A DNA stretch of 64,000 bases from positions 198,328 to 262,327 of the forward strand of contig CAVVEU010000029.1 in assembly GCA_963747235.1 (NCBI GenBank), read 5' to 3'. The first letter of the stretch is position 1, and the number at the start of each line of letters is the position of its first letter. The position numbers and the translations under genes were made by a program. Below are positions 11,075-23,461 of this stretch, piece after piece. This DNA comes from an uncultured Candidatus Rokubacteria bacterium (lineage in GTDB: Bacteria > Methylomirabilota > Methylomirabilia > Rokubacteriales > CSP1-6). Under the pieces are notes generated by a model that was not told the origin of the DNA, made no database searches, and worked only from the letters and a program-made list of their open reading frames with translations.

Positions 11075-13000
11075 ATGCTCAAGAAGGTGATCCCGGTCGA
11101 GGACGCGATCGCGGTCCTGCACGACGGCGACGTCCTCGCCACCACCGGCTACGGCGGCCACGGGATCCCCGAGCAGCTCCTGGTCACGCTCGAGCAGCGC
11201 TTTCTCCAGACCGGTACCCCGCGCGGGCTCACCCTCGTCCACTCCACCGGCCAGGGCGACGGCGCCGACAAGGGGCTCAATCACCTGGGGCACGAGGGCC
11301 TGCTCAAGCGGGTCATCGGCGGCCACTACGGGCTCATGCCCAAGGTCGTCCAGCTCGTGCTGGCCAACAAGGTCGAAGCCTACAACCTCCCCGAAGGCGC
11401 GATCACCCACCTCTACCGCGACATCGCGGCCGGCAAGCCGGGCATGCTGTCCAAGGTGGGCCTCGGCACCTTCGTGGATCCGCGCCTCGAGGGCGGCAAG
11501 ATGAACCGGGTCACGCAGGAGGACCTGGTCACGCTCATGACGGTGGGCGGCGAGGAGTACCTCTTCTACAAGGCGCTGCCGATCAACGTGGCCTTCATTC
11601 GCGGCACCACCGCCGATCCGGACGGCAACATCACGATGGAGCGCGAGGCCCTGGTCCTGGAGAACCTCGCGATGGCGCTCGCGGCCAAGAACTCGCACGG
11701 CTACGTGATCTGCCAGGTGGAGCGGATCGCGGCGGAGGGCACGCTCGACTCCCGCCAGGTCCGCATCCCCGGAGTCCTGGTGGACGCGGTGGTGGTGGCG
11801 GAGCCGCAGCACCACATGCAGACCTGGGGCATCGCGTACAACCCCGCGCTCTCCGGCGAGGTGCGCATCCCGACCGCGATGCTGCCGCCCCTGCCGCTGG
11901 ACGACAAGAAGGTGATCGCCCGGCGCGCCGCGATGGAGCTCTTGCCGAGCAGCGTGGTCAACCTCGGACTCGGCATCCCCGACAATGTCGGCCGCGTGGC
12001 CAGCGAGGAGCGGATCTACGACCTGCTGACCCTCACCGTGGATCCGGGAGTGATGGGCGGCATTCCCGCGAGCGGCGTCGAGTTCGGGGCCGCCATCAAC
12101 TGCCAGGCGGTGATCGATCACTGCTCGCAGTTCGACTTCATCGACGGGGGCGGCCTCGACGCGGCCTTCCTGGGCTTCGCGGAGTGCGACGGCACCGGCA
12201 GCGTCAACGCGAGCCGCTTCGGCGACCGCATCGCGGGCTGCGGGGGCTTCATCAACATCAGCCAGAACAGCAAGAAGGTCGTGTTCATGGGCAACTTCTC
12301 GGCGGGCGGCGCCGAGCTGGCGGTGCGCGACGGCGCGCTGCACATCGTGAAGGAAGGCCGGGTGACCAAGTTCGTGGAGCGGGTCGGCCAGATCACCTTC
12401 AGCGGCCCGCACGCGGCGGCCCGCAAGCACGCGGTGCTGTACGTGACCGAGCGCTGCGTCTTCCGGCTCACCCCGCAGGGCATGGAGCTGACCGAGGTCG
12501 CCCCCGGCATCGACGTGGAGCGCGACGTCCTGCGGCACCTGCCCTTCCGGCCCATCGTGGGCCAGCCGGCCCTGATGGCCGCCGCGATCTTCCAGCCCGG
12601 GCCGATGGGCCTGCGCGACCGGCTCCTCGACATCAACATCGACGACCGCCTCTCCTACGACGCGGCCACCAATACCGTGTTCCTGAACTTCTCCGGGATG
12701 CGGGTCCGGCGCGCGGAGGACATCGCCACCATCACCGCCGCGGTGGATCGCCTGCTCGGGCCGCTCGGCCGGCGCGTCAACTCGATCGTCAACTACGAGG
12801 GGTTCACGGTGGACGACGACGCGATGGCCGCCTACATGGACGCGGTGAAGTACGTCGAGCAGACCTATTACCTGAAGGTCTCCCGCTTCACCAACAGCGG
12901 CTACCTGCGGCTGAAGTTCGCCAAGGAGCTGGAGCGGCGCCAGCTCACCTCGAAGGTGTTCGAGACGCGCCACGAGGCCGACCGCGCCCAGGACACCTGA
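11075..13000 (+). CDS. Acyl-CoA:acetate/3-ketoacid (propionate) CoA-transferase, YdiF-type, with ~110-aa C-terminal extension
   Basis: 'VGLGTFVDPR', 'VNLGLGIP', 'GCGGFINISQ', 'YVTERCVF'; intact 641 aa. Confidence 0.9.
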   Translation: MLKKVIPVEDAIAVLHDGDVLATTGYGGHGIPEQLLVTLEQRFLQTGTPRGLTLVHSTGQGDGADKGLNHLGHEGLLKRVIGGHYGLMPKVVQLVLANKVEAYNLPEGAITHLYRDIAAGKPGMLSKVGLGTFVDPRLEGGKMNRVTQEDLVTLMTVGGEEYLFYKALPINVAFIRGTTADPDGNITMEREALVLENLAMALAAKNSHGYVICQVERIAAEGTLDSRQVRIPGVLVDAVVVAEPQHHMQTWGIAYNPALSGEVRIPTAMLPPLPLDDKKVIARRAAMELLPSSVVNLGLGIPDNVGRVASEERIYDLLTLTVDPGVMGGIPASGVEFGAAINCQAVIDHCSQFDFIDGGGLDAAFLGFAECDGTGSVNASRFGDRIAGCGGFINISQNSKKVVFMGNFSAGGAELAVRDGALHIVKEGRVTKFVERVGQITFSGPHAAARKHAVLYVTERCVFRLTPQGMELTEVAPGIDVERDVLRHLPFRPIVGQPALMAAAIFQPGPMGLRDRLLDINIDDRLSYDAATNTVFLNFSGMRVRRAEDIATITAAVDRLLGPLGRRVNSIVNYEGFTVDDDAMAAYMDAVKYVEQTYYLKVSRFTNSGYLRLKFAKELERRQLTSKVFETRHEADRAQDT

Positions 13001-13015
13001 GGTATCCTTGAGGTC

Positions 13016-15090
13016 ATGAGCGAGACCCGGATCGAGACCGTCCCGTCGGTGTGCCCGCACGACTGCACCAGCACCTGCGCGCTGGAGGTCGAGCGCCTCG
13101 ATCTCCACACCATCGGCCGCGTGCGCGGCTCGCACCGCAACACCTACACGCGCGGGGTGATCTGCGAGAAGGTCGGCCGCTACGCCGAGCGCGTGCACCA
13201 TCCGGACCGCCTGCTGCACCCGCTGCGGCGCGTGGGCCCGAAGGGCTCGGGCCGCTTCGAGCGCATCGCGTGGGAGGACGCGCTCGACCTGGTCGCGGAG
13301 AGCTTCACGCGCCAGGCCGCCCGCCTCGGGCTCGAGACGGTGTGGCCGTACTACTACGCGGGCACCATGGGCCTGGTGCAGCGCGACGGCATCAACCGGC
13401 TGACGCACGCCATGGGCTACTCGCGCTACTTCTCGACGATCTGCGTGACCCTGGCCGACACCGGCTGGGCCGCCGGCGTCGGGGCCAAGCGCGGGGTGGA
13501 CCTGCGCGAGATCGGCGAGCACTCGGACCTGGTCGTGATCTGGGGCGGCAACCCGGTCAACACCCAGGTCAACGTGATGAGCCACGCCATGCAGGCCAAG
13601 CGGCGCGGCGCGACGTTCGTGGTGGTGGACCCGTACCGCACCGACACCGCGGCGAAGGCCGATCTGCACCTGGCCCCGCGGCCCGGCACCGACGGCGCGC
13701 TCGCCTGCGCGATCATGCACGTGCTCTTCGCCGAGGGCCTGGCCGACTGGGACTACCTGCGCGCCTACACCGACTGCCCCGACGAGCTGGCCGCCCACGT
13801 GGCCACGCGGCACGCCCGGGTGGGCGGCGGCCATCACCGGCCTCTCGGTGGATCAGATCGTGGACTTCGCCCGGCTCTACGGGCGGACCCAGAAGAGCTT
13901 CATCCGCTGCCACCACGGCTTCAGCCGCTCGCGCAACGGCGCGGTCAACATGCACGCGGTGACCTGCCTGCCCGCGATCACCGGCGCGTGGCGCCACAAG
14001 GGCGGCGGCGCCGTCTACGGCCAGACCGCGCTCTATCCCCTCGACCGCACCCTGATCGAGGGGCGCGACGTGGTGGACAAGTCGATCCGCGCGCTCGACC
14101 AGTCCCGTCTCGGCCAGATCCTCACCGGCGACCGCGAAGCACTCCAGGGCGGCCCGCCGGTCACCGCGATGCTCGTGCAGAACACCAATCCCGCGATGGT
14201 GTGCCCGGAGCTCAACCTGGTGCACCAGGGCCTGGCCCGCGAGGATCTCTTCCTCTGCGTGCACGAGCAGTTCCTGACCGAGACCGCGGCCTTCGCGGAC
14301 GTGGTCCTGCCCGCGACCATGTTCGTCGAGCACGACGACTTCTACACCGCGAGCGGGCACACCTACTTCCAGGTCACGAAGAAGGTGATCGAGCCGCCGG
14401 GCGAGTGCCGCGAGAACCACTGGGTGATCGGCGAGCTGGCCAAGCGCCTCGGCGCGACGCACCGGGGCTTCCAGATGACGCCCTGGGAGATCATGGACGA
14501 GACGCTGCGCAAGTCCGGCATGTGGGACGCGGAGACCAACTGGCGGCGGGGCGGCCAGGACTTCGCGCCCGCGTTCGAGACCGCGCACTTCCTCGACGGC
14601 TTCCCGACCCCGGACCGGCGCTTCCACTTCAAGCCCGACTGGGCGCGCTTCGGCGGCCGCGGGGCCGAGATGCCCGACGCTGCCCGATCACTTCGCGGTG
14701 ACCGACGAGGCCACCGCGGAGAAGCCCTTCCGGCTGGTGGCCGCGCCCGCGCGCACGTTCCTCAACTCCACGTTCACCGAGACGCCCTCGTCCCTGGCCC
14801 GCGAGAAGCGCCCGACCGCGCTGCTGCATCCGGATGACTGCGCGGCCCTCGGCGCGGTGGCCGGCACCCCGGTCCAGCTCGGCAACGAGCGGGGCGAGGT
14901 CATCGCCCACGCCGAGCCCCGGGAGGGCCAGCCGCGCGGCGTGGTCATCGTCGAGGGCGTGTGGCCGAACAAGCACTTCGTCAACCGGCTCGGCATCAAT
15001 GCGCTGACCAGCGCCGAGCCCGGGTATCCCAACGGCGGTGCCGTCTTCCACGACACCGCGGTGTGGATCCGCCTCGCGCCGCCTGCCTAG
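13016..15090 (+). CDS. Molybdopterin oxidoreductase catalytic subunit (YyaE/YoaE-like), 2 frameshifts
   Basis: 'CPHDCTSTC...C' Fe4S4 motif, 'WGGNP', 'PGTDGALA', 'TETAAFADVVLPAT', 'FLNSTF'. Confidence 0.88.
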
Positions 15091-15109
15091 GAGCGGACGG
15101 CTACAGACC

Positions 15110-16490
15110 GTCCGTCGCGCGGCGATGAGCCGGGTTCCCCTCGCCCGCGGATGTAGCACGTCGATCGCCCAGCGCACGTCCAGCCGCTCCCCGAACCACT
15201 GGGCGAGCCCCGTGCGCGGATGAAGCGTGAGCCCCTGCGCGGCGTTCTGCGCCCGGATCGCTCCCGCCGGATCGACCGGCACCGCCGGCGGCGCCGGCAC
15301 GTCGGGCAGCGGTCGGCCATCCGGCCGCCGGAACTGGAGCGCGCCGTCGGGTAGTCGCTCGAGCTGGTAGCCCTCCTCGTGCACCGCCCGGTGATGCCGG
15401 CGGCAGAGCAACGCGAGGTTCGACAGCTTGGTCGGGCCCCCGTGGGCCCAATGGCGCACGTGATGCCCCTCGGCGATCCGGACATTGCAGCCCGGGAAGC
15501 GGCAGGTCTTGTCCCGATGCTGCAGCGCCCGCCGCAGCGCCGGCGGGATCGTGCGCGTGCGGGCGCCGACTTCCACCACCCGCCCGTCCGCGTCGTGCCG
15601 CATCACCACCCGGCTCGCGTCGCACGCCAGCCGCTGCGACGTTCCCGCGGGAACGTGCGCGCCGTCCTCCAGCACCGACTGCCCGGGCTGGGCCGCGTCC
15701 GCCAGGACCGCGGCGTCCACGTGGACCACCACCTGATAGCGTTCCCCCGGGGCCCCGGGATCGAGCTCGTGATGCAGCGCGGTCTCCGCCAGCAGGGCCA
15801 GCGCGTCCGCCTGCTGCTGCGGCCGGGTCGGGGTCTCCGACGGCCGGGTCGGTGGCCGGGACGGCGGCCTCGCTCGCCCGGCGCCGCTGGTACAGCGTCT
15901 CGCGGGCCGCGTCGAGGGCTCGCAGGAGCAGCGCGCCGACCTCCGGGGTCAGGCGCCCGCGGAGCACGACGGTGCCGTCCTCATCCTGGTGGACGTGCAG
16001 GGCGCGGCCCGCGTGCTGCCGCGTGGCCTGCCGCGCGTCCGCCTGTTGGTCCAGGCGGCGCCAGCCCCGGACGATGCTCTCCACGTGGACCGCCGTGCCG
16101 GCGCGCCCCACCCGAGCAGGCGCACCTCGGTCTCCGGGGTCGCGATGCGGGTCAAGGCGCGGACCTTGGCGTAGGAGAGCTCGCCGCGCGCCAGGGCGTC
16201 AGCCAGGGCCGGCAGCGTCCCGAGGGCGCGGGCCACCCGGACATGCTCGCGGGCGGCGCCCAGGGCGAGGCCGACGCGCCAGGCGAGCCACTCGGCGCAG
16301 GAGCGGAAGCCGTTGGCCCAGCCGCCGCGGGCGTCGAACTCGCGGATCAGCGCCGAGCAGGCGGGCCGTCGCGGCCTCGAGGTGGACGGCGAGCTCGGCG
16401 ATCTCGTCACCCAGGCGATCGAGCTCCGCGATACGGGGCCGGCGTGAGGCTGCCGGATGACGGGAACGTCCGACGGGTACGTGGGAACAT
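15110..16490 (-). CDS. DUF222 + HNH endonuclease (REP13E12-like), several frameshifts, 3' end uncertain
   Basis: 'IREFDARGGW..GFRSCAEWL', 'GELSYAKVRALTR', 'RLACDA', 'RDKTCRFPGC', 'HHVRHWAHGGPTKLSNLALLCRRHH'. Confidence 0.85.
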
Positions 16491-16716
16491 GGCGAGTCTC
16501 CCTTCTTGCTGACACGACTCTAACCCCCGATTTCGAAGATGCCTGCGGGCGCCCACGTCGCGCGAACGCGGAGCAAGCCATGAACGGCCGTCCCCCGCGA
16601 CGCGATCGCGCGGCCTGCGACGGATGCAACTTGCTGGGCCGGTATTCCGCCGGCACGCTCAGGCGCACGCCGGGATCCTCCACGGAACCTGTCAAGCTGA
16701 AAGTGCAAAGGACATA

Positions 16717-16746
16717 TTGACTTGAGCCGCACCGCCCGGCTATAAC
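16717..16746 (+). promoter_or_regulatory. sigma70 promoter of the LIV-type ABC operon
   Basis: TTGACT-18-TATAAC in an AT-richer patch upstream of livH. Confidence 0.6.
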
Positions 16747-16811
16747 CGCCCCCACTACCTTCACGCCGCGACAGGGTTGACGCGGCGGGCGGACGGGCGG
16801 GGAGGCTCGGT

Positions 16812-17684
16812 CTGGACACGATCCTGCAGCTGGCCCTCAACGGGCTGGCGGTCGGCTGCATCTACGGGCTGGTCGCGCTCGGCTTCGTCCTCATCTACAA
16901 GGCCACCGAGCTGGTCAACTTCGCCCAGGGCGATCTCCTCATGCTGGGCGCCTTCACCTGCTACATGCTGGTGGTCTGGTACGGCATGCCCTACTGGCCG
17001 GCCTTCGCGCTGGCGGTGGTCGCGGTCGCCCTGTTCGGCGCGGCGCTCGACGCCACCGTGCTGAGACGCGTCATCGGCCAGCCCCAGTTCGCGGTGGTCA
17101 TGCTGACGATCGGGCTCGGCGCGATGTTCCGCAGCTTCGCCTCCATCACCTGGGGCTCCGAGATCTACTCGCTGCCGACCCCGTTCAGCGCCAAGACCTC
17201 GCGGGTGGGCGCGGTCACGGTGAGCCACGAGTACGTGGCCATCATCGTGGGCACCGTGCTGCTCTGCGCGGTGCTCTACGCCTTCTTCACCTACTCGCGC
17301 GTCGGGGTGGCCATGCAGGCCGCCTCGCAGAACCAGCTCGCCGCCTACTACATGGGCATCCCGGTGAAGCGGATGTTCTCGCTGATCTGGGCCATCTCGG
17401 CGGGCGTGGCCGCGATCGCGGGCGTGCTGCTGGCCCCGGTGTCGCTGATCGACATCAACCTGGGCTTCATCGGCCTCAAGGCCTTCGCGGCGGCGGTGCT
17501 GGGCGGCTTCGGCTCCATCCCCGGCGCGCTGGTGGGCGGCATCACCATCGGGCTCATCGAGCTCTTCTCCGGGGCCTACCTGCCGCTGGGCGTGAAGGAC
17601 GTGGCCGCCTACGTGGTGCTGCTGCTCGTGCTGGCCATCCGGCCCCAGGGCATGTTCGGGACCGTCGGGCGCAAGAAGGTCTAG
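16812..17684 (+). CDS. livH: Branched-chain amino acid-type ABC permease
   Basis: 'GCIYGLVALGF..IYKATELVNFAQG', 'KAFAAAVLGGFGS', 'IRPQGMFG'; start codon atypical or mis-called. Confidence 0.88.
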   Translation: MDTILQLALNGLAVGCIYGLVALGFVLIYKATELVNFAQGDLLMLGAFTCYMLVVWYGMPYWPAFALAVVAVALFGAALDATVLRRVIGQPQFAVVMLTIGLGAMFRSFASITWGSEIYSLPTPFSAKTSRVGAVTVSHEYVAIIVGTVLLCAVLYAFFTYSRVGVAMQAASQNQLAAYYMGIPVKRMFSLIWAISAGVAAIAGVLLAPVSLIDINLGFIGLKAFAAAVLGGFGSIPGALVGGITIGLIELFSGAYLPLGVKDVAAYVVLLLVLAIRPQGMFGTVGRKKV

Positions 17685-17691
17685 CCCGCGC

Positions 17692-18835
17692 ATGCGCTTC
17701 GCGTTCAAGACGGCCTACGAGCACGACCTGGGCCTGTTCCGCGATCCGGTGCAGCGCCGCTGGTACGCGGTCCTGCTCGCGGGCGTGATCCTGCTGCCGC
17801 TGGCGGTGCCCGCCTACCTGTCGGACCTGAGCATGGTCTTCATCTACGGACTCTGCGGCCTCTCGCTGATGGTGCTGGCCGGCTACACCGGCCTGGTCAG
17901 CCTGGGCCACGCCGCCTTCCTCGGCATCGGCGCCTACGCCCACGTGTACTTCACGCAGGACCTGGGGCTGCCCTGGATCGTCGGGGTGGCGCTGGCCACG
18001 GTGGCGGCGGCCGCCGCCGGCGTGCTGGTGGGCCTGCCCGCGCTCCGCATGACCGGCGTCTACCTCACGATCGCCACGCTGGCCTTCGCGCTGATCATTC
18101 AAGAGGTCTTCACCCGGTGGGAGCGGCGTCACGCACGGCCTGAAGGGCCGCCCGGTGGACAAGCCGGTGATCTTCGGCGTGTCGTTCGCCTCCGACTGGG
18201 CGTTCTACTTCCTGTGCCTGGCCGTGCTCATCGCCGGCCTCTGGCTCACCGCCAACCTGCTGCGCTCGCCCACCGGCCGGGCCTGGGTCGCGATCCGCGA
18301 CAGCGAGATCGCCGCGCAGTCCATGGGCGTGCACCTGGCGCGCTACAAGACGCTGGCCTTCGCCTACTCGGCCGGGCTCATGGGCGCGGCGGGCGCGCTC
18401 TTCGCCCACAAGATCGGGTTCCTGGCTCCCGACATCTTCACCGTGCTCCTGTCCATCCAGTTCCTGCTGATGGTCGTGGTGGGCGGCCTCGGGAGCCTGC
18501 ACGGCGCGCTCTACGGCGCGGTCTTCGTGGCGCTGCTGCCCGTGCTGATCTCGGAGGCGCGCGATCACGTGCCCGCCTGGGCCGGCCACGCCGCGGCCGC
18601 GCTGGGCAAGGGCGTCGGCGACACGGTCTACCTCTCGCTCGATCGCTTCGTGAAGCAGCCCGGCCTCGAGCCCGGCATCTTCGGGCTGATCCTGGTGCTC
18701 TTCATCCTGTTCGAGCCGCTCGGCATCTACGGGCGCTGGCGGAAGATCTGGCTCTACTTCTCCACGTTCCCCCTCTACAAGACGGCCACCTTCCGGCGGC
18801 AGAAGACCTACATGCGGTCGGAGCGCCTGCGGTGA
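17692..18835 (+). CDS. livM: Branched-chain amino acid-type ABC permease, frameshift ~18125
   Basis: 'GYTGLVSLGHAAF', 'YLTIATLAF', 'GRAWVAIRDSEIAA', 'VVGGLGS'. Confidence 0.88.
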
Positions 18836-19593
18836 CGGCCCTCTTCGCGGCCGACGAGCTGGTCGTGAACTTCGGGGGCATCCGCGCGGTGGACGGGGTC
18901 AGCTTCGAGGTGGAGGCGGGCCAGGTCTTCACCATCATCGGGCCCAACGGGGCGGGCAAGACCACCATCTTCAACCTGATCTCGCGGATCTACGATCCGA
19001 CCCAGGGACGGCTGCGGTTCCGCGGGGAGGACATCACGAGCGTGCCGCCCCACGAGATCGCCCGCCGCGGCATCGCGCGCACGTTCCAGAACATCGAGCT
19101 GTTCGAGCACGCCACCGTGCTGCAGAACCTGCTGCTGGGCCGCCACGCGCATGCCGAGCGGCGGTTCGCGCAGGAGCTCCTGTTCCTGCCCCGCGTGCGC
19201 GCCCGCGAGCGCGCGCATCGCGAGGCGGCCGAGAAGGTGATCGACTTCCTCGATCTGCAGGCCTATCGCGACAGCTTCGTGGTCAACCTCCCCTACGGCG
19301 TCCGCAAGGTGGTCGAGATGGGCCGGGCCCTCTGCACGGAGCCCGCGATGCTGCTGCTCGACGAGCCCTCGTCGGGGCTGAGCGTGGAGGAGACCGCGGA
19401 CATGGCGTTCTGGATCCAGGACATCCGCGCCCTGCTCGGCATCACCGTGCTCATGGTCGAGCACGACATGAGCCTGGTCAGCGCGGTCTCGGACCGGGTG
19501 CTCGCGCTCAACTACGGCCGGGTGCTGGCGTGCGGGACGGCCCGGGAAGTCCAGGAGCATCCCGAAGTGATCAAGGCGTACCTCGGAGGCTGA
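18832..19593 (+). CDS. livG: ABC ATP-binding protein
   Basis: 'GPNGAGKTT', 'ARTFQN', 'LLLDEP', 'VEHDM', 'VIKAYLG'. Confidence 0.9.
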   Translation: MTALFAADELVVNFGGIRAVDGVSFEVEAGQVFTIIGPNGAGKTTIFNLISRIYDPTQGRLRFRGEDITSVPPHEIARRGIARTFQNIELFEHATVLQNLLLGRHAHAERRFAQELLFLPRVRARERAHREAAEKVIDFLDLQAYRDSFVVNLPYGVRKVVEMGRALCTEPAMLLLDEPSSGLSVEETADMAFWIQDIRALLGITVLMVEHDMSLVSAVSDRVLALNYGRVLACGTAREVQEHPEVIKAYLGG

Positions 19594-19596
19594 GCG

Positions 19597-20360
<764 letters not shown>

Positions 20361-20370
<10 letters not shown>

Positions 20371-22235
20371 CGACCCGCCACGCCCCCGCCCCCACCGAGG
20401 CCGGCCGCCCGGTCACGGTGCACGGCCAGGACACCCTGCCGAAGCTCTTCCGCCACGTGGTGCGGGAGCGCGGCGACCGCGTGGCGATGCGCGAGAAGCA
20501 CCTCGGGATCTGGCGCGCCATCTCGTGGCGCGAGTACGGGCAGCAGGCGCGCCGCGTGGGGCTCGGGCTGGTCGCGCTGGGGCTCCGGCCCGGCGACGTG
20601 GTCTCGATCATGGCGGACAACTGCCCGGAGTGGCTCTACACCGATCTCGGCATCATGTCGGTGGCGGCCGTCCCGAACGGCATCTACACCACCGACTCCG
20701 CCCGCCAGGTCGAGTACATCGTCAACGATAGCGGCACCCGCTTCCTCTTCGTGGAGAACGAGGAGCAGCTCGACAAGGCGCTGGAGGTCCGCGGGCGCTG
20801 CCCGGACCTGGTGAAGATCTTCGTCTTCGACATGGAGGGGCTGCACGCCTTCCAGGACGACCAGGTGATGACCTTCGACGGCGCTCCTCGAGCTGGGCGC
20901 CACGTACGATCGCGAGCACCCCGAGGCCTACGACCGGCTCGTCGAGATCCCCCGCCCCGAGGACCTGGCCATCCTGGTCTACACCTCCGGCACCACCGGG
21001 CCCCCCAAGGGCGCGATGCTGAGCCACCGCAACATCCTGTTCCAGCTCGAGTACGCCGACTTCATCACCCCGCTGCGCGAGGGCGACCAGCAGCTCTCCT
21101 TCCTGCCCCTCTGCCACGTGGCCGAGCGGACGTTCACGGTGTTCAACCCGCTCTACCACGGGGCCACCGTGAACTTCGCGGAGAGCATCGACACGGTGCC
21201 CGAGAACATCCGCGAAGTCGCGCCCGCCCTGTTCTTCGCGGTGCCGCGGATCTGGGAGAAGTTCTACTCGGGCGTGGCGCTGCGCATGCGGGACGCCACC
21301 TGGCTCGGCCGCTTCGCCTACGACCGGGCGATCCGCATCGGGCTGCGCCTGGCCGCGTGCCGGATCGAGGGGCGCCGGCCGTCCTGGGCCCTGCGGGCCG
21401 CGTTCCGGATCGCCGACTTCCTCGTGCTCGACAACGTCAAGCGCTCGATCGGGCTGCACCGGGCCCGCGGCGTCGCCACCGGCGCGGCCCCGATCGCGCC
21501 CGGACCTGATCCGCTGGTACCTGGCGCTCGGGCTCGACATGTACGAGGTCTACGGCCAGACCGAGAACACCGGCCTCGCCACCGCGATGCCGCCCAACCG
21601 CATCAAGCTCGGCACGGTCGGCGTGGCCCGGCCGGAGACCGAGGTGCGCCTGTCGCCGGCGGGCGAAATACTGTTGAGGGGCCCGCACGTGTTCCTGGGC
21701 TACTACGGCAAGCCCGACAAGACCGCGGAGACCGTCGTGGACGGGTGGCTGCACACCGGCGACGTGGGCACCATCGACGCGGACGGCTTCGTCCGCATCA
21801 CCGACCGCATGAAGGACATCATCATCACCGCGGGCGGCAAGAACGTCACCCCGTCCGAGATCGAGAACCAGCTCAAGTTCTCGCCCTACATCTCGGACGC
21901 GGTGGTGATCGGGGACCAGCGCAAGTTCCTCTCCTGCCTCGTCATGATCGACCACGAGACGGTGGCCCAGTTCGCCCAGGAGCGGAACGTGCCGTTCAGC
22001 AACTTCGCCTCCCTGTGCCGGGCCCCCGAGGTACAGGACGCTCATCGGGAGCGAGATCGAGCGCGTGAACCGGGAGCTCGCGCGGGTGGAGACCATCAAG
22101 GCGTTCCGGTTGATCGAGCAGCTCCTCACCGCCGAGGACGAGGAGCTGACGCCGACCATGAAGCTGAAGCGCACCTTCGTCAACGTGAAGTACAAGAATC
22201 TGATCGACGGCATGTACGAAAGGAGCAACGGATGA
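20361..22235 (+). CDS. fadD: Long-chain fatty acid-CoA ligase (AMP-binding), 3 frameshifts
   Basis: 'YTSGTTGPPKG', 'LPLCHVAER', 'YGQTE', 'GWLHTGD', 'ELTPTMKLKR'. Confidence 0.85.
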
Positions 22236-23407
22236 AGAAGCTACTGGCAGTCAGCGTGCTGGCGGCCGCGGTGGCCGTCGCGGGCGTCGCGACGGCCCAG
22301 AAGGAGACCCGCGGGGTCACCAAGACCGAGATCGTGCTCGGCATGCACACCGACCTCTCCGGCCCCGCCGCCACCTACGGCGTCTCCTCCTCGAACGCGG
22401 TCAAGATGCGCTTCGACGAGGTCAACGAGGCGGGCGGCATCCACGGCCGCAAGATCCGGCTCGTGATCGAGGACACCCAGTACCAGGTGCCGCGCGCGGT
22501 CCAGGCGGGGGCCAAGCTCATCCAGCGCGACCGCATCTTCGCGATGGTGGCCGGCCTCGGCACCCCGATGAACAACGCGCTGTTCAAGGACCAGTTCGAC
22601 GCGGGGGTCCCGAACCTCTTCCCGCTCTCGGCCGCCCGCTCGATGTACGAGCCGTTCAACAAGCTGAAGTTCTACGGGGCGGCCAGCTACGTGGACCAGG
22701 TGCGGGCCGGCATCAACTACTTCGTGACCCAGAAGGGCAAGAAGACCCTCTGCGCGATGTACCAGGACACCGACTTCGGCAAGGAAGTGCTGGACGGCGT
22801 GGTGATGCAGGCCGAGCAGATGAAGCTCAAGATCGCGGAGACGGTGACCCACAAGCCCACCGACCAGGACTTCAGCGCCCAGGTCAGCAAGCTGAAGGCC
22901 GCCAACTGCGACCTCGTGGTGCTCGGCACCATCGTGCGCGACTCGATCGTGCCGTACGCCACCGCGCGCAAGATGGGCTGGAACGACGTGGACTTCCTCG
23001 GCTCCGCCGCGTCCTACGATCTCTTCGTGGCCGCCGCCCAGGGCGGGGTGACCGAGGGCTTCTACGCCATGGGCCTCACCGCGATGCCCTACCGCGACAC
23101 GCTCGGCGCGGATGCCCAGAAGTGGTTCGACCGCTACAAGGACCGCTACAAGGTGGATCCGAACATCGGGGCGATCTACGGGCACGTCGCCGCGGACCTG
23201 ACCGTGATCGGGCTCACCAAGACGGGTCCCGAGCTGACCACCGACAGCTTCGTCAAGGGGCTCGAGTCCATCAAGGGCTACCACGACATCTTCAACGGCC
23301 CCGAGGTCAACTTCGCCGCCGACAAGCACCAGGGCGCCAATTCCTCGTTCCTGGCCGTGGTGAAGGGCGGGCGCTGGACGCGCCTGACCGACCCGCTGAG
23401 GTTCTAG
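22232..23407 (+). CDS. ABC substrate-binding protein (Leu/Ile/Val-binding family)
   Basis: Signal peptide 'MKKLLAVSVLAAAVAVAGVATA', 'GGIHGRKIRLVIED', 'YQDTDFG'. Confidence 0.88.
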   Translation: MKKLLAVSVLAAAVAVAGVATAQKETRGVTKTEIVLGMHTDLSGPAATYGVSSSNAVKMRFDEVNEAGGIHGRKIRLVIEDTQYQVPRAVQAGAKLIQRDRIFAMVAGLGTPMNNALFKDQFDAGVPNLFPLSAARSMYEPFNKLKFYGAASYVDQVRAGINYFVTQKGKKTLCAMYQDTDFGKEVLDGVVMQAEQMKLKIAETVTHKPTDQDFSAQVSKLKAANCDLVVLGTIVRDSIVPYATARKMGWNDVDFLGSAASYDLFVAAAQGGVTEGFYAMGLTAMPYRDTLGADAQKWFDRYKDRYKVDPNIGAIYGHVAADLTVIGLTKTGPELTTDSFVKGLESIKGYHDIFNGPEVNFAADKHQGANSSFLAVVKGGRWTRLTDPLRF

Positions 23408-23423
23408 CTCCGTTCCGCGTCAG

Positions 23424-23453
23424 GGGCCGGCGCGTTCACTCGCGCGCCGGCCC
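23424..23453. terminator. GC-rich hairpin between convergent genes
   Basis: GGGCCGGCGCG-loop-CGCGCCGGCCC. Confidence 0.6.
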
Positions 23454-23461
23454 TCGATCGG

